Positions 17,481-26,959 of a DNA stretch of 64,000 nt are shown piece by piece (the stretch's first letter is position 1; each line of letters begins with the position of its first letter). A program made the translations under genes and the position numbers. The notes below the pieces were generated by a model. It made no database searches. It had not been told where the DNA came from and was given only the letters and a program-made list of their open reading frames with translations. Source of the stretch: Gammaproteobacteria bacterium (GTDB lineage: Bacteria; Pseudomonadota; Gammaproteobacteria; Ga0077536); NCBI GenBank assembly GCA_020849475.1, contig JADLGE010000034.1:21286-85285 (forward strand), given 5' to 3'.

Positions 17481-19744
17481 GACAGGCCGGTGTGACGTTG
17501 CACGCGCGCTTCGACCCGCTGGCGCAGCCGCGCGCGGCTGGCGTCAGTCAACATGCGCCCGGCCCAGCGGAACACGTTGTACTCGCGCACGATGGTGCGC
17601 AGGCTGAGCATGCGCTCGCGCTGTTCACCGTCCGGCATGGTCAAGGCGCGCGCCAGCGCGTCGGCGGTTTCCTCGATGTGATAGGGGTTGACCACCAGCG
17701 CCTCGGTCATCTCACGCGCGGCGCCGGCGAAGCGGCTCAGGATCAATACGCCACGTTCGTCATCGCGTGCCGCCACGAACTCTTTACACACGAGATTCAT
17801 GCCGTCGTGCAGGCTGGTGACAAGACACACGTCGGCGGCGCGATAGAGCTCGGTCACCGCCTCCTGATCGTGATGGCGCGTCACCAGCACCACCGGCTGG
17901 TAAGCATCGCGACCAAAGCGTGCGTTGATATGCGCGGTGTGTTCGCGCAGGCGCGTTTCAAAGTTGCGGTATTCATCGAGAGAACTGCGCGACGGCGCGG
18001 CAATCTGCACCAGCACGAACTGGCCCTGCCATTGCGGATATTTCTCCAGCAGGCGCTCGACGGCGTTGAGACGTTCGAGTATGCCCTTGGTGTAATCGAG
18101 GCGGTCGATGCCGAGCGCGATGCGTGCGTCGGGCGGCAGGCCGAGACGTGCCACGACCGCGGCGCGACAGGCAGCGGGGCTAGTCTGTGCCGCGTCTTGT
18201 TCGGCGCTCGGCCACGCAATCGAGATGGGATAACTTTCGACGCGGGTTTCGTCGTTCTGATGCGAAATGGTCGAATGCTCGTGTTCGATGCGCGCTTCGA
18301 GATAGCGGTCGACGGTCTCGAGAAAATTCTTGCAATGAAAGCGCGTGTGAAAGCCGACGATGGTGCTGCCCAACATGCCCTGCAGCAGCTCGCGCCGCCA
18401 CGGGCAGATGCCGAAGGATTCGGGGTTGGGCCACGGAATGTGCCAGAAGATGAGAATGGTGGCGCGCGGCAGGCGTTCGCGGATGAGGGCCGGCAGCAGC
18501 GCGAAATGATAGTCCTGCACCAGCACCAGGGGATTGTCGTCGCGCGCTTCGCGCACCACCGCGTCGGCGAAGATCTGGTTGACCTCGCGATAGCGCGCCC
18601 AGTCGTCCTCGCGAAACACTGGCCGCACATGGGCAACATGGCACAAGGGCCACAGGCCTTCGTTGGCGAAGCCATAGTAATAGCCTTGCTCCTGCGCGGG
18701 CGTCAGCCACACGCGCCGCAGGCTGTAGTCGTCGGTGCCGGGGGGGACGCGAATGCAGTCGTGCTCGTCCACCACCGCGCGGTCTGCATCGCCGCTGCCA
18801 TGTGCAATCCAGGTGCCGGCGCAGGCGCGCATGACCGGCTCGATGGCGGTCACGAGGCCGCTGGCCGGTCGCCGCACCGTGATGCGCTCACCCTGGTATT
18901 CATGAATATAGGGTTCGCGATTGGACACCACGATGACCTGCTCACCGTGCAACTGCGTGGTCAGCAGCGAGCGCAGGCGGTCTGGTGTCCATTCCGCTTC
19001 GGGACCAAGCGCACGGCGGAATTCGTCCTCCAGATCGCGCAGTCGCGCGCGCAGGTCGTCCGCCAGCGGCGCGAGTTCCGGCGCCACGTCAGCGGCGGCC
19101 GGCGCACGCGGGTCGCCACCCAGCAGGGCGCGTGTGCCTTTTATCCAGTCGTCCCAACTGGCGCGCGCCACCAGCACGGTGATGATCGAGGTGAGGATGC
19201 CGAGCCCCGCAAGCATGGCAACCAGATAGCGTTTGGTGGTGCGACTGCGATGGGCGACGAAGCTGAGATCGTGCAGCGTGACGAGTGCCGCGAGGTGTTG
19301 GCCATCGCTGACGACCGCATGGTGGCCAACATGTACGCGCCCGCCCGCGACCTTGAAGCGCGCGTTGGGCTCGCTGCTCAATGTTGCCGCGCGCGCGCAC
19401 GTCAAGCTGTCAGGGTAGGCGTCGGTGCGGACTAGCAACTGCCCGTCGCGTGAGCACAGTGCCAGCGCGACCAGGCGTTCGTCGTGCAGTACGCGATCGA
19501 AAGCCGCGTGCAGACGCGGCAGATCGTCGACCGACAGCGCGTCGGCGATGGAATCGGCCATCGAGTTCGCAATCAACTCGTCACGCAGATTCAAGTCGCG
19601 CACGAACCAGCGCAGCGTCAGCTTGTCCATCAAGGGCAAGGTGAGATACGCCACACCGATGAGCATCACCAGCAAAGGTGTGATAAAGCGCAGTTGCAGT
19701 CTTAATTTCGTCATGCCATATCGCAGCGACGCGTCTGGCGTCAC
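17477..19744 (-). CDS. otsA: Alpha,alpha-trehalose-phosphate synthase (GT20) with a ~270-aa N-terminal two-TM sensor-like extension
   Basis: The C-terminal ~480 aa is classic OtsA ([11 protein letters not shown]..., [45 protein letters not shown]). The N-terminus has TM1 ([16 protein letters not shown]), a ~150-aa loop and TM2 ([21 protein letters not shown]). The track start is GTG at 19744, with an alternative ATG at 19714. Confidence 0.85.
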   Translation of the reverse strand: MTPDASLRYGMTKLRLQLRFITPLLVMLIGVAYLTLPLMDKLTLRWFVRDLNLRDELIANSMADSIADALSVDDLPRLHAAFDRVLHDERLVALALCSRDGQLLVRTDAYPDSLTCARAATLSSEPNARFKVAGGRVHVGHHAVVSDGQHLAALVTLHDLSFVAHRSRTTKRYLVAMLAGLGILTSIITVLVARASWDDWIKGTRALLGGDPRAPAAADVAPELAPLADDLRARLRDLEDEFRRALGPEAEWTPDRLRSLLTTQLHGEQVIVVSNREPYIHEYQGERITVRRPASGLVTAIEPVMRACAGTWIAHGSGDADRAVVDEHDCIRVPPGTDDYSLRRVWLTPAQEQGYYYGFANEGLWPLCHVAHVRPVFREDDWARYREVNQIFADAVVREARDDNPLVLVQDYHFALLPALIRERLPRATILIFWHIPWPNPESFGICPWRRELLQGMLGSTIVGFHTRFHCKNFLETVDRYLEARIEHEHSTISHQNDETRVESYPISIAWPSAEQDAAQTSPAACRAAVVARLGLPPDARIALGIDRLDYTKGILERLNAVERLLEKYPQWQGQFVLVQIAAPSRSSLDEYRNFETRLREHTAHINARFGRDAYQPVVLVTRHHDQEAVTELYRAADVCLVTSLHDGMNLVCKEFVAARDDERGVLILSRFAGAAREMTEALVVNPYHIEETADALARALTMPDGEQRERMLSLRTIVREYNVFRWAGRMLTDASRARLRQRVEARVQRHTGLS

Positions 19745-19867
19745 GTCATTGGAACCCTAGCGTCATGCGCGGCGAGGTGCAAGTCGTGGCGATCATTGTT
19801 GCGATTGTGGTAGGCAAGATGGAGATGAAAGCTTGCGCGATACGATGATTCGACTAGCCTCAAGATC

Positions 19868-21691
19868 ATGACCACGCAAATGCAGCAGTCTTGCGCGCAG
19901 CGACATGCGTCGCTCGATCTGGCGATAATCGGCAATTGCACCATCAGTGCGCTTGTCGACCGCTGTGCACGCCTCATATGGTGTTGCCTGCCGCGTTTCG
20001 ATGCTGATCCGATATTCCATGCGCTGCTCGATTCGCGACACGAACTGCCGCGTGATGGCAGCTTTGCGGTGGAACTGCTCGACCTTCAACGCAGCGAGCA
20101 GGACTACGATGCCGGCACCGCGGTGTTGCGTACGCGTTTGTTCGATGCCACGGGACAAGGAGTGGAAGTAACGGACTTCGCGCCACGCTTTGCTGATCAC
20201 GGCCGCACTTTTCGTCCTGCGCAGCTCATAAGACGCATACGACCGCTGCACGGCGCGCCGCGCATACGCGTGATCCTGCGGCCGCGCCATGATTGGGGGC
20301 GCGGCGTTCCAACGGTCACGCGCGGCAGCAATCATCTGCGCTTCGTGATGCCCGACGGGGTATTGCGCGTGACCACCAATCTGCCCTTGACCTATCTCGT
20401 CGGCGAAACTTGGTTCGCGTTGCGCGATGGCGTGAGCATGGTGCTCGGGCAGGATGAAACGCTGGAGGGTGGCCTGGAGGACACCACGCGCGCTTTCGAG
20501 GAACTGACCTGCCGCTACTGGCGACGCTGGACGCGACGACTGGCCTTGCCGCTCGAATGGCAGGACGCGGTCATTCGCGCGGCCATCACTCTTAAGCTGT
20601 GCCAGTACGAAGATACCGGCGCGATTGTCGCGGCCATGACTACCAGCATTCCCGAGGCGCCCGATACCGCGCGCACCTGGGATTATCGGTATTGCTGGCT
20701 GCGTGACGCGTTCTTCGTGGTGCGCGCGCTCAACAGTCTTTCGGAAGTCGGCACCATGGAGACTTATCTTGGCTGGTTGTACGACGTTGCCCAGGACAGC
20801 GCCGGCGGGCACATCCAGCCCTTGTTCGGAATCGGCCTCGAGAAAGATCTGCCCGAGCGCGTCATCGAGCACCTGGCGGGCTATCGCGGCATGGGCCCGG
20901 TGCGGGTCGGCAACCAGGCACAGCAGCATTTTCAGCATGACGTCTATGGCAATATCGTGCTCGGCGCGGCGCAGGCGTTTCACGATCATCGTCTGTTCCG
21001 GCGCGGCAACCTCGACGACTTCAAGCTGCTTGAAAGCATCGGCGACCAGGCCTGGCGGCTGCACGACCAGCCCGACGCCGGCATGTGGGAACTGCGTACA
21101 CGCGCGCGAGTGCACACTTCGTCGGCCATCATGTGCTGGGCGGCCTGTGATCGATTGGCCAAGGTCGCGGCCAGCCTCAAGGCGCCGGCGCGCGTGGCCC
21201 ATTGGCGTGAACGCGCCGATGCCATCAAGGCGCGCGTGCTGGCGGCGAGCTGGAATGACCGGCGCCAGTGCTTTGTCGAAAGCTTCGGAGGCGAGCATCT
21301 CGATGCCAGCGTGCTGCTGATGCCAGAGGTGGGCTTTCTCGACGCGCGCGATGAGCGCTTCAGCAAGACCTTCGCCTGCCTGGAACGCACGCTGTGCGAC
21401 GGCCCCTTCATGCGCCGCTACGAAGGAGCCGATGACTTCGGGCTGCCGGAGACGGCCTTCAATGTCTGCACTTTCTGGCGCATCGATGTGCTTGCGCGCC
21501 AGGGCCGCAGCGCCGAGGCGCGCGAAATCTTCGAAGTGATGCTGGCGCACAGCAACGCCGCCGGACTGTTATCCGAAGACCTGCGGCCCGAGGACGGCGA
21601 ACTGTGGGGCAACTTTCCGCAGACCTACTCCATGGTCGGCATCATCAACGGCGCGGTGCGTCTGTCACGTGGATGGGATCAGGTGGTGTGA
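19868..21691 (+). CDS. Glycoside hydrolase family 15 (glucoamylase/trehalase-like)
   Basis: 607 aa. LDLAIIGNCTISALVDRCARLIWCCLPRFDADPIFHALL, YRYCWLRDA and QHDVYG are typical GH15 blocks. Confidence 0.8.
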   Translation: MTTQMQQSCAQRHASLDLAIIGNCTISALVDRCARLIWCCLPRFDADPIFHALLDSRHELPRDGSFAVELLDLQRSEQDYDAGTAVLRTRLFDATGQGVEVTDFAPRFADHGRTFRPAQLIRRIRPLHGAPRIRVILRPRHDWGRGVPTVTRGSNHLRFVMPDGVLRVTTNLPLTYLVGETWFALRDGVSMVLGQDETLEGGLEDTTRAFEELTCRYWRRWTRRLALPLEWQDAVIRAAITLKLCQYEDTGAIVAAMTTSIPEAPDTARTWDYRYCWLRDAFFVVRALNSLSEVGTMETYLGWLYDVAQDSAGGHIQPLFGIGLEKDLPERVIEHLAGYRGMGPVRVGNQAQQHFQHDVYGNIVLGAAQAFHDHRLFRRGNLDDFKLLESIGDQAWRLHDQPDAGMWELRTRARVHTSSAIMCWAACDRLAKVAASLKAPARVAHWRERADAIKARVLAASWNDRRQCFVESFGGEHLDASVLLMPEVGFLDARDERFSKTFACLERTLCDGPFMRRYEGADDFGLPETAFNVCTFWRIDVLARQGRSAEAREIFEVMLAHSNAAGLLSEDLRPEDGELWGNFPQTYSMVGIINGAVRLSRGWDQVV

Positions 21692-21772
21692 GACCGTCGT
21701 CGGTCGGCATTTGATCGGCGGAATTCACCCGCGCATTACTACCGGTCAGGCGCTTTCGCCGCGCCAATGAAT

Positions 21773-21868
21773 GTCAGACTGAAGTCTGACCCACAAAGGG
21801 AAGAGCTGCTTCTGTGGGTCAGACTGCGGTCTGACATTTCGAATGTGCGAATGACTTCGCACCTACAG
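21773..21868. repeat. Composite REP array: inverted pair of family B (GTCAGACTGAAGTCTGACCCACA) plus one family-A copy
   Basis: GTCAGACTGAAGTCTGACCCACA (21773-21795), TGTGGGTCAGACTGCGGTCTGAC (21813-21835) and GTGCGAATGACTTCGCACCTACAG (21845-21868). Confidence 0.75.
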
Positions 21869-21891
21869 ATGCTGCGGTCTAGAATGCCCGC

Positions 21892-22404
21892 ATGTCGCGC
21901 CCATCCGCCGATCCAGACTCCGCAGCGTCCCATACGATGGTGGTCGGCTGGCGTGAGTGGGTGTCGTTGCCGGGTCTCGGCATCGCACGCATCAAGGCCA
22001 AGCTCGATACCGGCGCGCGCACCTCGGCGCTGCATGCCTTGCGCATGGAACGCTATACTGAGCGAGGCGCACCCCATGTGCGATTACATGTGCAGCCACG
22101 CCAGCGTGATGAGGGACGGGTGCTGGTGGTCGAGACCGCCATTATCGACGAACGCACGGTGTCCGATTCCAGCGGTCACCGCGAACGGCGCATCGTCATC
22201 GCCTCGGAGCTCGCCATGGGCGGCGTGCGATGGCCCATTGAACTGACCATCACCAATCGCGACTCATTACGGTTTCGCATGCTGCTCGGGCGCAGCGCCA
22301 TGCACGGCCATCTCAGCATCGACCCGGACCGTTCCTACGTGCTGGGCAAACCGGACAAGGCAAAACTCAAAGCCGCGCGCCGCGCGCGGCCGGCACATTC
22401 ATGA
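21892..22404 (+). CDS. RimB-like retropepsin-fold / 'ATP-dependent zinc protease' (DUF785) protein
   Basis: [33 protein letters not shown] is the conserved DUF785 core. It shares an ATGA overlap with rimK. Confidence 0.75.
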   Translation: MSRPSADPDSAASHTMVVGWREWVSLPGLGIARIKAKLDTGARTSALHALRMERYTERGAPHVRLHVQPRQRDEGRVLVVETAIIDERTVSDSSGHRERRIVIASELAMGGVRWPIELTITNRDSLRFRMLLGRSAMHGHLSIDPDRSYVLGKPDKAKLKAARRARPAHS

Positions 22405-23306
22405 AAATCGGCATCCTGTCTCGCAATCCCAAACTCTATTCCACGCAACGCCTGGTGGAAGCCGCGCGTGCGCGCGGCCACTCGGTGCGCGTCATCGACG
22501 TACTGCGTTGCTACATGGATATCACGTCCCACAATCCGACCATCCATTACAAAGGCGAGGAACTGACGGAGTTCGACGCCGTGATTCCGCGCATCGGCGC
22601 TTCGGTCACTTATTACGGCACGGCGGTGGTCAGGCAATTCGAAATGATGGGCACCTACTCGGTGAACGAGTCGGTGGCCATCACCCGCTCGCGCGACAAG
22701 CTGCGCTCCTTGCAGTTGCTGTCGCGCGAAGGCATTGGACTGCCCATCACGACCTTCGCCCATTCACTGGACGATGTGGATGGCCTCATCGATGAAGTCG
22801 GCGGTGCGCCGCTGGTGATCAAGTTGCTTGAAGGCACCCAGGGCCTGGGCGTGGTGCTGGCGGAGACCAAGAACGCCGCGAAAAGCGTCATCGAAGCTTT
22901 CATGGGGCTCGACGCCAATATCCTCGTGCAGGAATTCATCAAGGAATCGGCGGGCTGCGATATCCGCTGCCTCGTGATCGGCGGCAAGGTGGTGGCGGCC
23001 ATGCAGCGCTCCGGAGCGCCGGGTGAGTTCCGCTCCAATCTGCATCGTGGTGGCGCCGCCAGCGCGGTCAAGATCTCGCCCGAAGAACGTTCCACCGCAC
23101 AGCGTGCGGCCAAGACCCTGGGGCTGAATGTCTGCGGTGTCGACCTGTTACGGTCCAATCACGGCCCGGTGATCATGGAGGTCAATTCCTCGCCCGGTCT
23201 GCGCGGTATCGAACAGGTATCTGGCAAGGACATCGCCGGCCTCATCATCGAATTCCTGGAAGGGCAGGGTGCGGGCTGCACCACCCGCACCCGTGGGCGC
23301 GGCTGA
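22401..23306 (+). CDS. rimK: Ribosomal protein S6 L-glutamate ligase (ATP-grasp)
   Basis: 301 aa, near-colinear with E. coli RimK: [18 protein letters not shown]..., [62 protein letters not shown]. Confidence 0.9.
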   Translation: MKIGILSRNPKLYSTQRLVEAARARGHSVRVIDVLRCYMDITSHNPTIHYKGEELTEFDAVIPRIGASVTYYGTAVVRQFEMMGTYSVNESVAITRSRDKLRSLQLLSREGIGLPITTFAHSLDDVDGLIDEVGGAPLVIKLLEGTQGLGVVLAETKNAAKSVIEAFMGLDANILVQEFIKESAGCDIRCLVIGGKVVAAMQRSGAPGEFRSNLHRGGAASAVKISPEERSTAQRAAKTLGLNVCGVDLLRSNHGPVIMEVNSSPGLRGIEQVSGKDIAGLIIEFLEGQGAGCTTRTRGRG

Positions 23307-23310
23307 AGCG

Positions 23311-24363
23311 ATGAGCGCGGCGCCGCTACTGATAGCCGGCACCCACGTCAGCGCCGGTACGCGCGTCAAAATCGAATTCCCGCTCGCCGATCTGTATACC
23401 TATGGGCCGCTGGCAATGCCCATAGAAGTGGTGCGCGGGCGCCTGGAAGGGCCGACGGTGTTCGTGTCGGCGGCGATTCATGGCGACGAAATCAACGGCA
23501 TCGAGATCATTCATCGTCTGCTGCGTCAGCACAGCGCACTGCGACAACTGCGCGGCACGCTGGTCTGCATTCCCATCGTCAACGTCTTTGGTTTCATCAA
23601 CCAGACGCGCTACCTGCCCGATGGGCGCGACCTCAACCGATCTTTTCCCGGCTCCGAAAGGGGCTCGCTGACGTCGCGGGTGGCCCATCTGTTCCTGCGC
23701 GAAATCGCCGCCAAATGCGATTACGGCATCGATTTGCATACCGCCGCCGCGCATCGCAACAACCTGCCGCATATCCGCGCCAATCTCGACGACAAGGAAA
23801 CGCTGCGCATTGCGCGCAGTTTCCAGGTGCCGGTATTGCTCAATTCAAATACGCGTGATGGATCGCTGCGCCAGGCGGCCGGCGAACTGGGTGTGAAAGT
23901 GGTGCTGTTCGAGGGCGGCGAACGCTTGCGTTTCAATGAGCATGTGATTCGCATTGGTCTCGCGGGCGTGATGAATGCCTTGCGCACGCTCGGCATGCTG
24001 CCAGCACGCGGCGCGCGTGAAGCGTCGCCGAAACCGGTGGTGGCGCGACATACGCGCTGGCTGCGCGCAGCGCGCAGCGGCATTCATCGCATCGAAGTAG
24101 AGCTTGGTCAGCGCGTGCGTCGCGGCGATCGCCTGGGCGTGATCTCCGATCCGTTTGGCGCGGTCGAGGACGAGGTGCGTTCCGAGCTCGACGGCATCGT
24201 CATCGGTCAGACCAGTCTGCCCCTGGTCAATGAAGGCGATGCCTTGTTCCATCTCGCCCGATTTGACAGGCTGAGCGCCGCCGAGCGTACTGCCGAAGGC
24301 AAGAAAAACCTGATCGACAATGCCGACAACCAACTGCCCGATACCGAGCCGCCGACCTATTGA
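23311..24363 (+). CDS. Succinylglutamate desuccinylase/aspartoacylase (AstE/AspA) family zinc deacylase
   Basis: VFVSAAIHGDEINGIEIIHRLL is the HxxE zinc motif, and LNRSFPG and GIDLHTA are also present. I chose ATG 23311, 4 nt after the rimK stop. The track ORF begins earlier at 23269 inside rimK. Confidence 0.75.
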   Translation: MSAAPLLIAGTHVSAGTRVKIEFPLADLYTYGPLAMPIEVVRGRLEGPTVFVSAAIHGDEINGIEIIHRLLRQHSALRQLRGTLVCIPIVNVFGFINQTRYLPDGRDLNRSFPGSERGSLTSRVAHLFLREIAAKCDYGIDLHTAAAHRNNLPHIRANLDDKETLRIARSFQVPVLLNSNTRDGSLRQAAGELGVKVVLFEGGERLRFNEHVIRIGLAGVMNALRTLGMLPARGAREASPKPVVARHTRWLRAARSGIHRIEVELGQRVRRGDRLGVISDPFGAVEDEVRSELDGIVIGQTSLPLVNEGDALFHLARFDRLSAAERTAEGKKNLIDNADNQLPDTEPPTY

Positions 24364-24659
24364 GCGCGTTCGCGCCGCCTCACGAAAAACTAACTCCGCA
24401 ATGCGCTTGTGAGCTTTTTGTGGCACTGCACAATTGATACTGATCACTTGTCGCGCACGCCAACGCAAACGATGATTCAACACTGGCTCGCACGCGCCGT
24501 GGGGCGGTTGCGCGGCTGGTAACTATAAAGTCTAATTGGTACCGAATAGTCATCTGCCTACATTGTTTGGGTGTGTTTGCTCACACCAACTCATACCGCC
24601 TCGTTCTCGGCCTGGCAGCACAACACGGCATCGTTTTATTGGGGAGGAATGCGCACGCC

Positions 24660-26585
24660 ATGGGCATCTTGGTCAACATCGACAACGGTGGCACATTCAC
24701 CGATGTCTGTATCAGCGATGGAAACAAGGTCGTGCACGCGAAGTCGCCGACCACACCCCACGATCTGACGCAGTGTTTTCTGGAAGTACTGAAGCGCGGA
24801 TCGCGCGAACTGTTCGGCGAGGACGATGCCGCGCGGCTGATTCGTGAAGCCGACTGCCTGCGCTACTCGACGACCTCCGGCACCAACGCGGTGGTCGAGC
24901 ACAAGGGCACGGCGGTCGCGCTGCTGGTCGACGCCGGCCAGGAACAAAGTGTCTACGGCGCGGCCACCAGCCTCGGTGACAACTCGCTGTGGAACGCGAT
25001 GGTGCCGCAGGCGCCGGTCGGCATCAAAGTTGGCAAGGACGGCGCCATCGATGCCGGCGAACTGACTTCCATCATCAACCAACTTTTGGCCCAGGGCGCG
25101 CTGCGCCTGGTGGTGGCCTTGAGTTCGGAGGCCGCCGAGCAGAACATCAAATCGGCGCTGCTCGACCGCTATCCGCGCCACCTGCTGGGCGCCATCCCGT
25201 TCCTGATCTCCTCCGAGCTCGCGCAGGATGCCAATCTTGCCCGCCGCACCGTCACGGCGGTGGTCAACTCCTACCTGCATCCCGGCATGGAGCACTTCCT
25301 GTACGGCGCGGAAAACATCTGCAAAGAGCAGCATCTGCGTCGCCCGCTGCTGATCTTCCGCAACGATGGCGACTCTGCGCGCGTCGCCAAGACCACCGCC
25401 ATCAAGACCTGGGGCTCCGGCCCGCGCGGTGGTCTGGAAGGCTCGCTGGCCTATGCCCGCCATTACGACCTGGACGCAGTGGTGGCGATGGACGTCGGCG
25501 GCACCACCACCGACATCTCGGTAGTGCTGGACAAGACCGTCAAGCAACTCGCCTACGGCGAAATCGAGGGTGCGGCGACGTCCTTCGCGCTGCCGACCAT
25601 CCACAGCTTCGGCGTCGGCGGCAGCTCGGTGCTGCGCGTCGCCAATGGCGCCATCACGATTGGTCCTGACAGCGTCGGCGCCGCCCCCGGGCCGGCCTGT
25701 TTCGGTCGCGGTGGCACCTCGGCGACCTTGACCGACGCCTTGCTGGTGGCCGGTGTACTGGACGCCAACAAGTACCTCGGAGGCGAGCTGGTGCTCGACA
25801 AGGCGCGTGCTGAGCAGGCCATTCGCACCCACGTTGCCGAGCCGCTCAAGCTCGACATCGATCAGGCGGTGGCGGCCATCATCAGCGCCTTCCAGGCCAC
25901 TGCCGGTCGCCATGTCAGCGACGCCATCAAGGCCTCGGGACGCGACCCGGCCAAGGCCGTGTTGCTGGCTTTCGGCGGCGGCGGCCCGATCATCGCTTCC
26001 GGCATCGCCAACGCGGCGGGCATGAAGCGCGTGCTGATCCCGCGCCTGTCGTCGGTGTTCTCCGCTTTCGGCATCGGCTTCAGCCATCTCGCCCACGAAT
26101 ACCAGGCGCCGGTGGCGGCTAATAGCGACATCGCCGCGGTGCGCACCGATCTGCGCCGTCGCGTCGAGCGCGACATGTATGGCGAAGGCGTCGACCCGGC
26201 CAAGTGCCGTTACGACGTGACGCTGTGGGCGGCGGCCGGTGAGTTCGCGGTCGAACGGCCGCAGAGCGGCGACAAAGCCAGTGTCGGCGCCGGCGAAACC
26301 GATCCGCGCCTGACCGTGCGCGCGATTTTCGAACTGCCGACCACCCAGCTGCTGGCCGACACCGTCAAGACCTATACGCCGGTCAAGGGCGGCGCCACGG
26401 TCGACATCAACCTCGATGGCAAGGGCGCCGTGAAGCTCGCGCTGGTTGACGACGCGGCACTCAAGCCGGGCGACGAAGTGGCGGGCCCGGCACTGGTCCG
26501 TGGCAGTTATCTGACCTGCGTGGTCGCCGCCGACTGGCGCCTGCGTGTTTCGAGCAATGGCGATCTCTTCGTCGAGAGCAAGTAA
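24660..26585 (+). CDS. Hydantoinase/oxoprolinase A-type (HyuA) ATP-binding subunit, paralog 1 (641 aa)
   Basis: ATG at 24660 is preceded by GGGGAGGA. MGILVNIDNGGTFTDVCI is the ASKHA phosphate-1 motif, and VAMDVGGTTTDISVV starts the second ATPase half. Confidence 0.8.
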   Translation: MGILVNIDNGGTFTDVCISDGNKVVHAKSPTTPHDLTQCFLEVLKRGSRELFGEDDAARLIREADCLRYSTTSGTNAVVEHKGTAVALLVDAGQEQSVYGAATSLGDNSLWNAMVPQAPVGIKVGKDGAIDAGELTSIINQLLAQGALRLVVALSSEAAEQNIKSALLDRYPRHLLGAIPFLISSELAQDANLARRTVTAVVNSYLHPGMEHFLYGAENICKEQHLRRPLLIFRNDGDSARVAKTTAIKTWGSGPRGGLEGSLAYARHYDLDAVVAMDVGGTTTDISVVLDKTVKQLAYGEIEGAATSFALPTIHSFGVGGSSVLRVANGAITIGPDSVGAAPGPACFGRGGTSATLTDALLVAGVLDANKYLGGELVLDKARAEQAIRTHVAEPLKLDIDQAVAAIISAFQATAGRHVSDAIKASGRDPAKAVLLAFGGGGPIIASGIANAAGMKRVLIPRLSSVFSAFGIGFSHLAHEYQAPVAANSDIAAVRTDLRRRVERDMYGEGVDPAKCRYDVTLWAAAGEFAVERPQSGDKASVGAGETDPRLTVRAIFELPTTQLLADTVKTYTPVKGGATVDINLDGKGAVKLALVDDAALKPGDEVAGPALVRGSYLTCVVAADWRLRVSSNGDLFVESK

Positions 26586-26587
26586 TC

Positions 26588-26959
26588 ATGGCCAAGCACT
26601 CCGTCGCAATCACCGAATATCTCGAGATCGATCTGGATGCCGAGCGCTGGCACTGCCGGCGCTGCGGCCACGACATCGGCTCGGCCCGTTCACCTTATAA
26701 AGAAGGGCTGTTGGTCTACGAGCGCGACCCGCGCGAAATCCATCGGCCGATACTGGATCCGGACAAATACGAGTTTACTTACGCGCCCGACCCGAGCTGG
26801 TGCCGCATCATCGAATTCTATTGCCCAAGCTGCGGCACGATGATGGAAAACGAATATCTGCCACCGGGCCATCCTTTGACCAACGATATCGAACTCGACA
26901 TCGACAAGTTGAAGCAACGTCACGCACAAGGGGAGGGGAAGAGCGATGCGGCGGGTTAG
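26588..26959 (+). CDS. Acetone/acetophenone-carboxylase gamma-type small Zn-ribbon subunit (123 aa)
   Basis: Four Cys fall in two pairs (WHCRRCGH ... FYCPSCG). LEIDLDAERWHC...REIHRPILDPDKYEF...EFYCPSCGTMMENEYLPPGHP matches the Acetone_carb_G-type pattern. Confidence 0.75.
   Translation: MAKHSVAITEYLEIDLDAERWHCRRCGHDIGSARSPYKEGLLVYERDPREIHRPILDPDKYEFTYAPDPSWCRIIEFYCPSCGTMMENEYLPPGHPLTNDIELDIDKLKQRHAQGEGKSDAAG

Noticed and set aside
21773-21868. Clustered short palindromic repeats (also at 58898..58964 and 60596..60680) as a possible CRISPR array.
   Set aside because: There are only 2-3 units per site. The units are themselves palindromes, occur in inverted rather than direct orientation, have irregular short spacing, and recur singly across the window. 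There are no cas genes. These are REP-type elements.
24590-24625. A sigma54 (-24/-12) promoter upstream of the carboxylase cluster (TGGCAGCACAACACGGCAT).
   Set aside because: The GG and GC dinucleotides are not at the required spacing, there is no TTGC element, and no enhancer-binding-protein gene is nearby.
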